A DNA stretch of 64,000 nucleotides from an uncultured Syntrophaceae bacterium (GCA_964427855.1 CAYRVH010000001.1:21649-85648), one strand, 5' to 3'. Positions 25,950-36,253 are shown, numbered from the stretch's first letter. The notes: generated by a model from the sequence alone, not told the origin. Translations and numbers: made by a program.

Positions 25950-27179
25950 TTATTCGTAGATCTTTTCCTCCTCTGCAAAGGCCTCCTTTGCATCCAATTC
26001 TGATTCTCTCAGCTCAGGATCTTTCTTTTGAAGTTCACGATAGTATTCATGCTGAATAATGAGGTTCATGATTTCATTTGTGCCGGTCCAGATCATCATG
26101 AGCCGCAGGTCTCTGAGCAGCCGTTCTACTGGATACACATTGGTGTATCCGATACCTCCAAGAACTTGCATCGCATCATTGATGACCTCCCACGCAGAGT
26201 CTGATGAAAACTTTTTCGACTGAGAGACGAGTCTCCTTGTGTAGCCTGTGCTGCCGAGGCGATCCACCGATGCGGCCGCCACGTGGGTCATGGCCCGGGC
26301 CGCGTCCAATTTTGTAATGGAATTGGCTATTTTGAAATTTACCCCTTCAAATTCTCTGATCTTCTGTCCGAAGGCTTTTCGCCGATCGCTGTACCGGGCG
26401 GCTATTTCCAGGGCCACTCGAGCCGACCCTATGGCCCCCGCTGCGCTGGTCATGCGTTCGGGAATCATCATTTGGTGAAACACCTCGGCCCCGCGATTCT
26501 CGCCAAAAATGATGTTTTCAGTCGGGACTTTCACATCTCTGAATACGAGTCGTCCGGCGCCGCCTCCCCTTGTTCCCATGAGCCCATACACATACTTCAC
26601 ATCAACCCCCATGTCTCTTTCGACTATGAAGGCGCTGATGGATTTTGCCTGGCCGGCTTCGCCGGTTCTTGCATACACGAGGAATATGTCCGCTCCTTCT
26701 GCTCCGACGACGAACCTTTTCTGACCGTTAAGGATGTAATAATTTCCCTCCCTTCGGGCTGTGGTGGTAGCCCCGAAGAAGTCGGAACCGCCTCTGGGCT
26801 CCGTCAGCGCTTCTGCACAAAACAATTTGCCTTTGAGGACGGGCTCCAAGTACTTTCTTTTTTGCGCTTCTGTGCCGAAGAAATGGATGGCCTCGCCGAC
26901 GTTCGTCACAAGTGAATAAAGGCACGCGAGAGACGCGCCGAGCACGCCGATCTCCTCCAGAGCGATTATTTCATCAACCCAGAGCAGACCTCTTCCCCCA
27001 TATTCCTTAGGAAAACGAAGGCCCAGGAGATTGAGTCGAGCTGCTTCTACAAGATACTCGCGCGGAAATAACACCTTTTCTGCGTCCATATCGAGCAAAA
27101 GCTGTCGCGGCACTTGTCGAACAAAGCTCCGTACTTCGTTCCTCAACTTTTTTTGGTCAGCAGTGAGAAGGGCCTCCAT
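25950..27179 (-). CDS. Acyl-CoA dehydrogenase
   Basis: About 409 aa with ACAD pattern ([11 protein letters not shown], ...[21 protein letters not shown], ...IWTGTNEI). GGAGGAG RBS before ATG 27179. Confidence 0.9.
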   Translation of the reverse strand: MEALLTADQKKLRNEVRSFVRQVPRQLLLDMDAEKVLFPREYLVEAARLNLLGLRFPKEYGGRGLLWVDEIIALEEIGVLGASLACLYSLVTNVGEAIHFFGTEAQKRKYLEPVLKGKLFCAEALTEPRGGSDFFGATTTARREGNYYILNGQKRFVVGAEGADIFLVYARTGEAGQAKSISAFIVERDMGVDVKYVYGLMGTRGGGAGRLVFRDVKVPTENIIFGENRGAEVFHQMMIPERMTSAAGAIGSARVALEIAARYSDRRKAFGQKIREFEGVNFKIANSITKLDAARAMTHVAAASVDRLGSTGYTRRLVSQSKKFSSDSAWEVINDAMQVLGGIGYTNVYPVERLLRDLRLMMIWTGTNEIMNLIIQHEYYRELQKKDPELRESELDAKEAFAEEEKIYE

Positions 27180-27319
27180 GATATTCTCCTCCACGCGTTC
27201 CTGAATGTGACTTTATCAAAACAGATAGCATGTTTCTCGAGGAGATGATAGCCCCTCTCCGCAACAATTCCTGCGAGGCGCTTTGATGTCTCATACCACA
27301 TTGGAGATGAGGAGAGGGG

Positions 27320-27661
27320 TCAAGAGCCCTTGAGAAAGGCGGCGAGGATGTGTTTCATTCTGGTGAGTCCAAAGAAGATGCCGCTGAGCCATCCTGATAC
27401 ATTTCCAAGGAGGAATATGTGGGGATTTTCTATTCTGGACGCCACGATTTTGTAATAGAGGAACGCGTCGACGAGAAGAAACGAACAAATTGCCGCTGCA
27501 AGGAATACTCTCCTGAAATACCGTCTGTGCAGGCGCAAAGTTGTTCCCAGTACGGAGAAGGCGAGCATCAAAGCGCCCACGCAAAGCGCAAAACCGCTGA
27601 AGGCTGATTTGAGAAGATACAGTAAGTCCATGCTAATTCGGGTGGTGTGGGTCTTGTTCAC
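27320..27661 (-). CDS. Small hypothetical membrane protein
   Basis: 113-aa ORF with 3-4 hydrophobic helices. GTG start. No family recognised. Confidence 0.45.
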   Translation of the reverse strand: MNKTHTTRISMDLLYLLKSAFSGFALCVGALMLAFSVLGTTLRLHRRYFRRVFLAAAICSFLLVDAFLYYKIVASRIENPHIFLLGNVSGWLSGIFFGLTRMKHILAAFLKGS

Positions 27662-27695
27662 GCCCCGTGGCAGCTTGGGGCCAATCCCTTCCTTG

Positions 27696-27739
27696 ACAAA
27701 GAAAGAGAAGCAGCCTCCTGCATCTCGTACAGGAGGCTG
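27696..27739 (-). terminator. Intrinsic terminator after nfnB
   Basis: Perfect 10-bp stem CAGCCTCCTG/CAGGAGGCTG (27711-27720 / 27730-27739), followed on the minus strand by CUUCUCUUUCUUUG. Confidence 0.6.
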
Positions 27740-27753
27740 ACACGTACGTGAGA

Positions 27754-29181
27754 TTAACTAATTCCAAATGTCTGAAGCATCGAGAGGGCGGCCTTGCGCC
27801 CTGCACCCATGGCGAGGATCACAGTGGCGGCTCCTGTCACGATGTCGCCTCCGGCCCAAATTCGATCGCGAGACGTTTTTCCGGTTTCCAGGTCAGCGAC
27901 GATATTTCCCCATTTGTTTGTTTCGAGATTTTTTGTGGTGGTGGGTACAAGAGGGTTGGCGGCGTTGCCTATGGCCACAATGGCGGTGTCGCATTCCAAA
28001 TCGAAATAAGCCCCTTCAACAGGGACCGGACGTCTGCGTCCTGAAGCGTCTGGCTCGCCGAGTGTCATCTGCTGGCACTTGACGCCCACGGCCCAACCGC
28101 CTTCGTTGCCGATTATTTCTACTGGCGCAGTGAGCAGTTTAAACTTTACGCCCTCTTCCACCGCGTGATGCACTTCTTCAGCCCGGGCCGGAAGCTCTTC
28201 CATGGTGCGGCGGTACACGATGGTTACCTCTTCTGCGCCAAGCCTCAGCGCGGTCCTGGCAGAGTCCATAGCGACATTGCCGCCTCCAAAAACGATCACC
28301 TTCTTCCCTTTCGCGGTGGGCGTGTCAGTGTCGGGAAAGAGATACGCCTTCATCAGATTGGCGCGTGTCAAAAACTCGTTGGCGGAATACACCCCGTTAA
28401 GATTCTCTCCGGGTATTTTAAGGAACAAAGGCGCGCCGGCGCCCGTCCCTATAAACACTGCGTCGAACTTTTTCTTTTCCAGTAAATCATCGACCGTCTC
28501 GATCCTTCCGACAACCCAATTCGTCTTGAATTCAACTCCCAGGCGTCTCAATTCATCGACTTCTTGGCGCACGATTTCTTTTGGGAGTCGAAATTCAGGG
28601 ATGCCATACACGAGCACGCCACCCAGCTCATGCAGCGCCTCAAATACTGTGACGGCAACCCCTTTCTTGATCAGGGCGCCAGAGAGGGTCAAACCCGCAG
28701 GCCCAGAGCCCACGACCGCGACCTTGAAGCCGGTTGGTTTAGGGAGTTCCGGCATTTTGCCTTCGCCGTGGATGGCAGCCCAGTCCGCCACATATCGCTC
28801 TAAACGCCCGATGGCGCATGGTTCGCCTTTTCCCTTTTTTCCCAACACGCATTTCGATTCGCATTGCGTTTCTTGGGGACAGACCCTCCCGGCAATACGC
28901 GGGAGGCTGTTTTTTTCTTTCAATTTCCAGGATGCGCCGAGGATGTCGCCTGCTTTCACCATGGCGATAAAATCGGGTATGTCAACTTCCACAGGACAGC
29001 CCGTCTTGCAGTAGGGCTTCTTGCAATTGAGGCACCTGCTGGCCTCCAAGAGTGCAAGATCATTGTCATAGCCCAGGGCGACCTCATAAAAATTGTGAGC
29101 TCGCTCTATGGGATCTTGTTCAGGCATTTTCTGCCTAGGAATTTTTGGCTTTTTTGTTTCGGTCTTTTCTTGATCTGTCAT
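27754..29181 (-). CDS. nfnB: NfnB / GltD-like NADPH-dependent oxidoreductase large subunit (2x[4Fe-4S], FAD)
   Basis: MTDQEK...CLNCKKPYCKTGCPV...VAVVGSGPAGL...VFGGGNVAMD. The start overlaps the nfnA stop (ATGA at 29179-29183). Confidence 0.85.
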   Translation of the reverse strand: MTDQEKTETKKPKIPRQKMPEQDPIERAHNFYEVALGYDNDLALLEASRCLNCKKPYCKTGCPVEVDIPDFIAMVKAGDILGASWKLKEKNSLPRIAGRVCPQETQCESKCVLGKKGKGEPCAIGRLERYVADWAAIHGEGKMPELPKPTGFKVAVVGSGPAGLTLSGALIKKGVAVTVFEALHELGGVLVYGIPEFRLPKEIVRQEVDELRRLGVEFKTNWVVGRIETVDDLLEKKKFDAVFIGTGAGAPLFLKIPGENLNGVYSANEFLTRANLMKAYLFPDTDTPTAKGKKVIVFGGGNVAMDSARTALRLGAEEVTIVYRRTMEELPARAEEVHHAVEEGVKFKLLTAPVEIIGNEGGWAVGVKCQQMTLGEPDASGRRRPVPVEGAYFDLECDTAIVAIGNAANPLVPTTTKNLETNKWGNIVADLETGKTSRDRIWAGGDIVTGAATVILAMGAGRKAALSMLQTFGIS

Positions 29182-30041
29182 TATGCACCCCCGGGAAACG
29201 TGCACTGACAACCACGCGGGGTTTCTCTGAACTTGTTCAGTGCAATTAATTCGGGTCCTTTGTACATCGCCAGCCTTTTGGACAACAAATCGAAGTCCAC
29301 TTGGAACCCGTCAAATTCAGGTCCGTCGACGCAGCCGAACATGGTTTTTCCACCGACTTCCACGCGGCAGGCGCCGCACATACCAGTGCCGTCCACCATG
29401 ATAGGATTGAGGCTCACTACAGTGGGCAGGTTGGCCTTTTTGGTGACATTCACCGTGGCCTTCATCATTGGGACTGGGCCGATAGCCACCACGAGGTCGA
29501 TCTTCACGCCTTTGTCTATGAGGCTCTGAAGCACCTGCGTGACAAATCCATGGATGCCGAAGGAGCCGTCATCAGTGGCTATGAGCGTCTCATGACTGAC
29601 CTTCTTTATATCTTCCGTCATGATGAGCAGACCCTTCGTACGAGCTCCTATAATGGAAATAACATGATTGCCCGCCTCGAACATGCCCTTCGTGATGGGA
29701 TAGAGCGGGGCAACGCCGATGCCGCCCCCCACTCCTACCACTGTACCGAATTTTTCGATGTGGGTCGGTTTCCCCAGCGGCCCGCACAGGTCTTGGAGCC
29801 GCTCACCCACGCACATGGTTCCGAGATAATACGTAGTGACCCCTACTTCCTGCCACACCAGTGTGATGGTGCCCTTTTCCGCGTCCTTGTCCGCGACGGT
29901 GAGGGGGATCCTCTCGCCCTTTTCATGGGTCCTCAGTATAATGAATTGCCCTGGGCGATGGGCCTGAGCTATGGCAGGAGCAGAAATGACGGCCCGATTT
30001 ACTCCAGGCCCGATTCGCTCCTTTTCAAGGATCTCGAACAT
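29181..30041 (-). CDS. nfnA: NfnA / SudB-like ferredoxin-NADP reductase-type small subunit (FAD, [2Fe-2S])
   Basis: MFEILEKERIGPGVNRAVISAP...QFIILR...GGGIGVAPL...CGACRV. GGAGG RBS. Confidence 0.85.
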   Translation of the reverse strand: MFEILEKERIGPGVNRAVISAPAIAQAHRPGQFIILRTHEKGERIPLTVADKDAEKGTITLVWQEVGVTTYYLGTMCVGERLQDLCGPLGKPTHIEKFGTVVGVGGGIGVAPLYPITKGMFEAGNHVISIIGARTKGLLIMTEDIKKVSHETLIATDDGSFGIHGFVTQVLQSLIDKGVKIDLVVAIGPVPMMKATVNVTKKANLPTVVSLNPIMVDGTGMCGACRVEVGGKTMFGCVDGPEFDGFQVDFDLLSKRLAMYKGPELIALNKFRETPRGCQCTFPGGA

Positions 30042-30169
30042 CTATCGAACCTCCAAAGTAGTAAAAACCTAGTGATTTTTATGCGCTGATCGATGGGAAT
30101 TTTGTCAGGTCTAGCAAAATCACAATCTGATACACTACCATATATTTGTACTTTTCTTCAAATAATTTT

Positions 30170-32398
30170 TCAAGGCTGGATTCGATCCAGCACCTTGCGA
30201 AACCGCAAGTCGTTCCGGATGGACTCAAAAATAGGGTCAGAGGCCATATTTCGATAATTCGAGTACCCGAGATCGACTGCTCGGTTCAAACTTTGGATTG
30301 CCCGGTCCGACGAACCGGCCAACGCATACATACCGGCGAGGTTGTACCAACTCTTGGGGTTGCCTGGCTCTGCATCCACAGCCTTTTGCATCCATGGGAT
30401 CGCGTCCCGGGGCCGCCCCATAACGGCTTGGACAAGCGCATAAGGACTGAACAACGTCGTGCAGTCTTTGCACCGGTTCATGCCGTCCTGAAGCGTGCGC
30501 CACGCCTCATCCAGCAGTCCCTGTTGTAGGTAGATGGTCCCCAAATTGGCATAGACTTCGGGCTGGTCGGTCCCTGCACCGAGTATCTGCTCGTACGTTT
30601 CTCGCGCTTTCTGAATGTGGCCGCTATTGTACAAGGCGACGGCAAGGGCAAATTTCATGTCAGGATCGTTTTCCGCAAGCGCAACGGCTCTTTTGTAGGA
30701 CTCGATGGCTGCTTCGAAATCCCCCTCTTCTAAGGCGAAACTTCCGAGCATTTTGTGCACTTCCGGGTTGTCAGCCATCAGGGGCGCCACTCTCATGAGA
30801 GCGGCTTTGGCTTCCTGCTTCTTTCCTGCCCACCGCAGGGTTTTGGCAAGATTCAGGTCTCGCAACGCCATGAATTGTGAATCCATCCCGGCCATGGCTT
30901 TTGTGTAGAGCCCCTTCTTTTCTTCTCGCGACAAAACCCTTCCTGGGGCGATGACGCCGCTAACTTCCATGGCGCTCATCAGCTCTTCTGCAAGCAGTTG
31001 ATGGAGCTCTACGGTCGGATGGACATGGTCTAAGAAGCTCTCGTTTCCGGGGATGCCCGATGGGTCCCCCGCGCCTTTCACGCGGCTGCACACGATATCG
31101 ACAAAAGGAACCAGCGGTACGTGGTTTTGGGCTGCCGTCTCCCTGATGCGATTCGTGATGGGCGTGATTACCCGCAGCGGACACACGTCCAGGTCGCGCG
31201 CCTTCACAAAATATGTCTCAGCTTCGTCAAATGCCTTCAGCCCATATTTTGCCTTGCCCATAAGGAAGTAGGTCTCCGCATAGAGTGGGTCTTGGTGGAT
31301 CAATGCCTCAAGCTCAGCCGACGCTGCTTCAAATTCTCCTTTGTCTATTTTCTCTCGAGCCTGCGCTAAACTCTCGCCATAGGTCTTCTGCTGTGCAACA
31401 GTGAGTGTGGGATCGTGTTCCGATTTGAAGGGGGAAAAGTCCTTCAGATTGCAGGGCGGGTCCACGAGAATCACTGGGACGCCCTGCGCTTGGCACAGCT
31501 GGATCATGGCTCCCAGGTTGAAGGCGAAGTGGTGCACTACTCGGTCTGAAAATTCTTCATCCCGGTGGTACAGCTCCAGACCTGCGCTCCTGTCCAGCAA
31601 CGCCGATACCTCCGGTTGAAGCATCGTTTTGCCATTTTTTGCCTCTTTGGGTCCGTCCTGTTGTGGGGCAACACCGTCGGCAGGAGGGACGAAGGTTTTG
31701 ATCCCTCGTTCCAACGCGCGATATACACGCAGACGTTCCAGCATGGCCTTGATGCGCAACGTGGTGGAACCGGCGTCAATAATGTGTGAATAGGTCCGCC
31801 TTTCCAGAAATTCGTTGTGACCAGTATAAATGATCATGAGGTCAGGTTGATATTGAAGAGTCTCTTTGATGAGGGGTACAATACGGTATGACGCATATGA
31901 GATCCCTCCGACATTGATCACTTCAAACTTCTTGTCTGAATGAGAAGCGGACAGCAGTTCCTGAAGCCAGCGAGAAAAGCTCGTGCGTTGATCGAATGGA
32001 TGACCATACGTCGTCGAGCCGCCGAAGCAAAAAATCCGCATCGTGCCAGGAGGCTTGACCACAGAGAAAGACGATTCGTTGAAGTATCGGAGTTTCTGTT
32101 TCGAGACCGTAGCGACGCCGTCTTTGACTTCAAACAGTGGGATAATTCCGGAAAAGCCCACGTAGGGGTCTTCGCCGATTTCTGGGGGAAACAGGCCAAG
32201 CGCCCTTAAAGAGAGCTCAGAGACGGTAAAGAAGGCAATGCAGACGAATACTCCAATTGTTGCGTCGCGCAAAACGTATTTGTAGCCTGTTTTTTTACCC
32301 TTTGGTTGGGGCGGGTTGTATTGGGCTTGCCTGACCGCGACGTAATCCTTTTTCGTATTTTTTTTATTCTTGTTCTTGTGGCGACCCATGTCGGGCAC
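30170..32398 (-). CDS. Membrane-anchored SGNH/GDSL-like protein with C-terminal TPR repeats
   Basis: Lys-rich tail, TM helix (IGVFVCIAFFTV). SGNH-like blocks are MRIFCFGGSTTYG, IIYTGHNEF and FLDHVHPT. Then at least 8 TPR-like repeats (...YFLMGKAKYGLKAFDEAETYFVKA...). Confidence 0.7.
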   Translation of the reverse strand: MPDMGRHKNKNKKNTKKDYVAVRQAQYNPPQPKGKKTGYKYVLRDATIGVFVCIAFFTVSELSLRALGLFPPEIGEDPYVGFSGIIPLFEVKDGVATVSKQKLRYFNESSFSVVKPPGTMRIFCFGGSTTYGHPFDQRTSFSRWLQELLSASHSDKKFEVINVGGISYASYRIVPLIKETLQYQPDLMIIYTGHNEFLERRTYSHIIDAGSTTLRIKAMLERLRVYRALERGIKTFVPPADGVAPQQDGPKEAKNGKTMLQPEVSALLDRSAGLELYHRDEEFSDRVVHHFAFNLGAMIQLCQAQGVPVILVDPPCNLKDFSPFKSEHDPTLTVAQQKTYGESLAQAREKIDKGEFEAASAELEALIHQDPLYAETYFLMGKAKYGLKAFDEAETYFVKARDLDVCPLRVITPITNRIRETAAQNHVPLVPFVDIVCSRVKGAGDPSGIPGNESFLDHVHPTVELHQLLAEELMSAMEVSGVIAPGRVLSREEKKGLYTKAMAGMDSQFMALRDLNLAKTLRWAGKKQEAKAALMRVAPLMADNPEVHKMLGSFALEEGDFEAAIESYKRAVALAENDPDMKFALAVALYNSGHIQKARETYEQILGAGTDQPEVYANLGTIYLQQGLLDEAWRTLQDGMNRCKDCTTLFSPYALVQAVMGRPRDAIPWMQKAVDAEPGNPKSWYNLAGMYALAGSSDRAIQSLNRAVDLGYSNYRNMASDPIFESIRNDLRFRKVLDRIQP

Positions 32399-32896
32399 TA
32401 TAGCCCGAGCGTGGATATATTTCCAGAGAGGGGGTGCCGCCCGTTTTGCGTCGTTATTTCAATAATGCCCCGTGCTGCTTGTGGAGGTGTGAGATCCAAC
32501 GGTATGCCTAAGGCATCCATCAAGTCCGCGCTGGCGCATTTCCTGGACACCGATCGATTACCGTGCTTCGCGACCTTGACGCCTGCCCCTGCGACCACAA
32601 ACGCTGCGGTAGTCGAAATGTTGAAGGAGTTTGCACAGTCGCCACCCTTTCCACAGGCCGCCACAAGAGGTTTGTCGGCATTCCATTCATGGGGGATCGC
32701 GACGCGTTTCGACCCCATAAGTTCCCCTGCCTCAGTAATTTCATCGATGCTTTGGCCCTTCATTCTCAATCATACCAAGAATGCTGCCATTTGTGCTTGC
32801 GCAGCCCTGCTTGATTATCTCTTCTATGTCCTCCATCATTTCTTTTTCAGAGAGACTCTCGCCAGAAACACTTTTTTCTATAGCTTCTCGAACCAT
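32398..32896 (-). pseudogene. trpD: Anthranilate phosphoribosyltransferase relic (frameshifted, C-terminally truncated)
   Basis: 5' piece MVREAIEKSVSGESLSEKEMMEDIEEIIKQGCASTNGSILGMIE (ATG 32896) stops after a frame change near 32760-32770. The next frame continues RMKGQSIDEITEAG...GKGGDCANSFNISTTAAFVVAGAGVKVAKHGNRSVS..., then ends after about 170 of an expected about 340 residues. Confidence 0.7.
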
Positions 32897-32928
32897 GACT
32901 CTTCCTTTCCAGTTTCAGGTGATGCGTT

Positions 32929-32976
32929 GCAAAAAATAAAAGCCGTGGATCTGCAGCTATCGGGATTCACGGCTTT
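32929..32976 (-). terminator. Intrinsic terminator after tyrA
   Basis: Arms AAAGCCGTG/CACGGCTTT (32938-32946 / 32968-32976), extendable by GTGGATC/GATTCAC. Followed on the minus strand by UAUUUUUU. Confidence 0.65.
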
Positions 32977-33052
32977 ATTATCCTGGGGTTGTGTCTTGTG
33001 GAGCACGTTACTCAGGGCCAGCGCGCCGAGAATTACGTCTTCATTTCCACCA

Positions 33053-33916
33053 CTAGCCGCAAAGAGGAAAAAGTTCATTAGTACTCACATTACAAGACTG
33101 AGCGGCGTCATCCATAGCCTTGATCAGGACGTCTCTATCCCTCGCTGTGATGGAATCGACGAGAGCATTGAGGGAGGCTTGAAAGACCCTTAATGTTTCG
33201 TACGAATGGGGATTTTCGAGGGCTATGTCGGCGTATAGCTCAGGAGGTTGCAGGGCCTGATGGCGCAACATAGTCATGAGTTGATGAAACCATTCTCCCA
33301 TGATGTCACCGTGGGACGTCTCGTGGTATCCGAGTTTGGCTACCGTTTGGCCGAGTGCGGCAAGCATGACATGCCGCAAGGTTTGACAGCACGCCATGAG
33401 TCTGTCGTGTTGTTCCGGGTCAATCTCCACAAGCCTGGCTCCAAGGTTTTCGAGAAATTTCCTTAAGGGGCCCAACCACTTTTTTGTTCTCGCGGGACAG
33501 AGGAATAATATTTGATCTGAAATAGATTCCACCGATGGACCGAACAGGGGGTGGGCGCCGACAACCTCCGAGGGAGAATACTTTACCATAAAATGGAGAG
33601 GCTTCTGTTTTACAGAGCATATATCCATCAGAAGCGCGTCGGGTCGCAAAAAACGTCCGATCGTTTCCATGATACCCTCGATGGCGGAAGTAGGCGCGGC
33701 TAATACAACCACATCCCAAGACGCCACAGCCTCTTGAGGCGGCGGAAACTCTCCCAGATCAGATATGATGGGCTTGAGTCCGGCTCGGCGAAACAAGGCG
33801 TCAAACCAACGACCCATTCGACCCTTCCCTCCGATAATGCACAGCGCGCTGCGTGAAAAATCAGGTTCCTCCATAGGCTGCAGTTCAGCTCCTCGCTGCT
33901 CGGCCGGCGATCTCAC
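33053..33916 (-). CDS. tyrA: Prephenate dehydrogenase
   Basis: ...LCIIGGKGRMGRWF... Rossmann start, ...VGAHPLFGP.... GTG 33916 overlaps the pheA stop (GTGA), with GGAGGG 6 nt upstream. Confidence 0.85.
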   Translation of the reverse strand: MRSPAEQRGAELQPMEEPDFSRSALCIIGGKGRMGRWFDALFRRAGLKPIISDLGEFPPPQEAVASWDVVVLAAPTSAIEGIMETIGRFLRPDALLMDICSVKQKPLHFMVKYSPSEVVGAHPLFGPSVESISDQILFLCPARTKKWLGPLRKFLENLGARLVEIDPEQHDRLMACCQTLRHVMLAALGQTVAKLGYHETSHGDIMGEWFHQLMTMLRHQALQPPELYADIALENPHSYETLRVFQASLNALVDSITARDRDVLIKAMDDAAQSCNVSTNELFPLCG

Positions 33917-34989
33917 GAATTCCCTCCGTCGGTTGGATAGGACCCAAGTATTTTGAGAAATGTGACTTCTGCACGAAGCCCTTCTATTGCGTCCCTCATC
34001 TCGGGCTTTTCTTTGTGTCCTTCTACGTCAAGGAAAAAATAATACTCCCAGTTCCTATTCCTGGTGGGCCGTGATTCAATTTTGGTAAGGTTCAATGACC
34101 GTTTCGCAAAATGCCCAAGGGCGCGGTAGAGAGAGCCAGGGGTATGCGTCGTAGCAAATATCAAGGAAGTCTTGTCAGACCCGGTCGGCGCGCTCTCTCG
34201 TTTTCCAATGAGCAGAAATCGAGTGGCATTAGAAGGATTATCCTGAATATCCTCAGCCAGGATTGACAGGCCGAAGTGCGCGGCCGCTTGTTCGTGGGCA
34301 ATAGCGGCCGCATGCGGGATGGCAACAATTCGTCGAGCTGCTTCAGCCGTACTGGATTCGGGAATCAAAGAAGCTGTGGGCAGATTCATGCGCAGCCATT
34401 TCCGGCACTGCCCCAATGCCTGCGGATGTGAATGAACAGTAGCGACAGCCGAAAGATCGCGTTCCTTGGACAACAGGCAATGTCGGACGCGCGCGTAGAC
34501 TTCTCCGAATATGGTCAGATTCGCATCCACAAATTGGTCCAGCGTTTCTGCCACCATGCCATCCAACGAATTTTCCACCGGCGTGATCCCCACGTCTGCT
34601 TCATCACTATCTACGGCATGGAAAATGTCTTCGATGGTGCTTTGCGGGGCATACAATGTTGACCTTCCGAATCGTTTCAAAGCAGCTAAATGGCTAAAGG
34701 TCCCCTCGGGCCCGAGGAACGCGACACGCAAAGGACGCCTCGCGTTGCGACAGGCCGAAATAATCTCGGAAAAGACGCTAATTACGGCGGACTGCGAGAG
34801 CGGCCCAGGGTTGTGCGAAGCAAGTTTTTTCAGAATGGCGATCTCTCGCTCAGGGGAGAAATTGGTTGTGTGTTCGTTTGTTCGCAACTCAGCGATAGCA
34901 CGCGCGTGCAGCGCTCGTTCGTTTATAAGTCGCAATAATTCCTTGTCAATCTGATCTATCTGTTTTCTTATCGTGTCAATAGAGGCCAT
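33913..34989 (-). CDS. pheA: Bifunctional chorismate mutase / prephenate dehydratase (P-protein)
   Basis: CM region (IRKQIDQIDKELLRLINERA), PDT (RVAFLGPEGTFSH), ACT (TSLIFATTHTPGSLYRAL...LTKIESRPT). Confidence 0.92.
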   Translation of the reverse strand: MASIDTIRKQIDQIDKELLRLINERALHARAIAELRTNEHTTNFSPEREIAILKKLASHNPGPLSQSAVISVFSEIISACRNARRPLRVAFLGPEGTFSHLAALKRFGRSTLYAPQSTIEDIFHAVDSDEADVGITPVENSLDGMVAETLDQFVDANLTIFGEVYARVRHCLLSKERDLSAVATVHSHPQALGQCRKWLRMNLPTASLIPESSTAEAARRIVAIPHAAAIAHEQAAAHFGLSILAEDIQDNPSNATRFLLIGKRESAPTGSDKTSLIFATTHTPGSLYRALGHFAKRSLNLTKIESRPTRNRNWEYYFFLDVEGHKEKPEMRDAIEGLRAEVTFLKILGSYPTDGGNS

Positions 34990-35091
34990 GTGGTGCTGCG
35001 TTTACCTATTCTGTCACTTATCACAAGCGGTTTAGCGTGGTCCTGCTGTAACCTGTCTCAAAAGAAGGCGCGCAATGGGCATCCATCAGAT

Positions 35092-35192
35092 TGCCATTCC
35101 CTTGAAAATAAGAATCCAGCTAACCCGCTATGGATCCCCACTTTCTTGAGGATGACATAGCGGCGACACGCGCCCAATGCGTGATTAGTTTG
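35092..35192 (+). repeat. Family-B hairpin repeat, copy B1 (between aroF and pheA)
   Basis: GCCATTCCCTTGAAAATAAGAATCCAG...TGGATCCCCACTTTCTTGAGGATGACATAGCGG... aligns with copies at 50404 and 51553. Confidence 0.7.
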
Positions 35193-35230
35193 TAAATCTC
35201 TGGACACCCAACTTTCTGGTTCCCATCAGT

Positions 35231-36124
35231 TCAGACGAGGAGCGCTTTTGTCTGAGACATGACGCTCACCTTTTTCATGAGCTGGGCAAAGTCTTCCGGA
35301 GACAAGGACTGTTGACCATCGCACAGCGCGGTTTCCGGCGAGCAATGGACTTCTACCATCAGACCGTCAGCCCCCACAGCGATAGCAGCCAGGGATAACG
35401 GCTCGACGTACCGCCGTATTCCCACCGCATGACTGGGATCTACAATCACGGGCAAATGGGTTTTTTCTTTCAAAACGCACACGGCGCTGAGGTCGAGTGT
35501 GTTTCTCGTGGCGGTTTCAAACGTGCGTATGCCCCTTTCGCAGAGGATGACCTGGGAGTTGCCCCCAGCCAGGATGTACTCCGCTGAATAGAGAAACTCG
35601 TCTATGGTCGTCATCAACCCTCTCTTCAAAAGGACTGGTTTTGGACTTTTGCCCACTCGCTTGAGCAACGTAAAATTTTGGACATTTCTTGCCCCGATCT
35701 GCAGGATGTCTGCACATTCTTCAACTCCGCCGACCTGGGTTGTATCCATCACCTCCGTGACGACAGGCATGGCGGTCAATTCTTTCGCAAGGCTCAAGAG
35801 CTTCAGTCCTTCCTCCCCCAATCCTTGGAAGCTGTAGGGGCTGGTCCTGGGCTTAAACGCACCGCCTCGCAAGACGCTTGCGCCGGCTTCTTTGACTGCC
35901 AACGCGGTGTGAACGAGCTGCTGAAGCGATTCAACGGAACAAGGCCCCGCTATGACGGTGAAAGTCCCGCCGCCTATGATGGCGTCCCCGACCCGAATCA
36001 CCGTGTCGTACCGCTGATATTCACGACTGACAAATCCTTGACGAGGAGGGGCGGATGCGCGATCGCGCACCGTAATCGGTACCGGATGATCACCTTCTGT
36101 CTTTGAGATGGTCGGTTCCCTCAT
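35231..36124 (-). CDS. aroF: 3-deoxy-7-phosphoheptulonate (DAHP) synthase, type I-beta
   Basis: MREPTISK...[12 protein letters not shown]...[19 protein letters not shown]...IGARNVQNF...VDPSH. ATG 36124 with GGGAG upstream. The track ORF's 28 extra codons overlap a terminator. Confidence 0.9.
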   Translation of the reverse strand: MREPTISKTEGDHPVPITVRDRASAPPRQGFVSREYQRYDTVIRVGDAIIGGGTFTVIAGPCSVESLQQLVHTALAVKEAGASVLRGGAFKPRTSPYSFQGLGEEGLKLLSLAKELTAMPVVTEVMDTTQVGGVEECADILQIGARNVQNFTLLKRVGKSPKPVLLKRGLMTTIDEFLYSAEYILAGGNSQVILCERGIRTFETATRNTLDLSAVCVLKEKTHLPVIVDPSHAVGIRRYVEPLSLAAIAVGADGLMVEVHCSPETALCDGQQSLSPEDFAQLMKKVSVMSQTKALLV

Positions 36125-36180
36125 TGGAGATGCTCCCTTTACACAAAATGGGCCTTGGGTTGCGTCGCGCCCAAGGCCCA

Positions 36181-36226
36181 GAAACAAAAAAGGCCACGGG
36201 CGCTTCACCGATCGCCCATGGCCTTT
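36181..36226 (-). terminator. Intrinsic terminator / candidate attenuator about 56 nt upstream of aroF
   Basis: Minus strand reads AAAGGCCAUGGGCG-loop-CGCCCGUGGCCUUU followed by UUUUGUUUC (arms 36213-36226 / 36188-36201). Confidence 0.65.
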
Positions 36227-36253
36227 GTACTTACTTCACGTATTTCTTACGCT

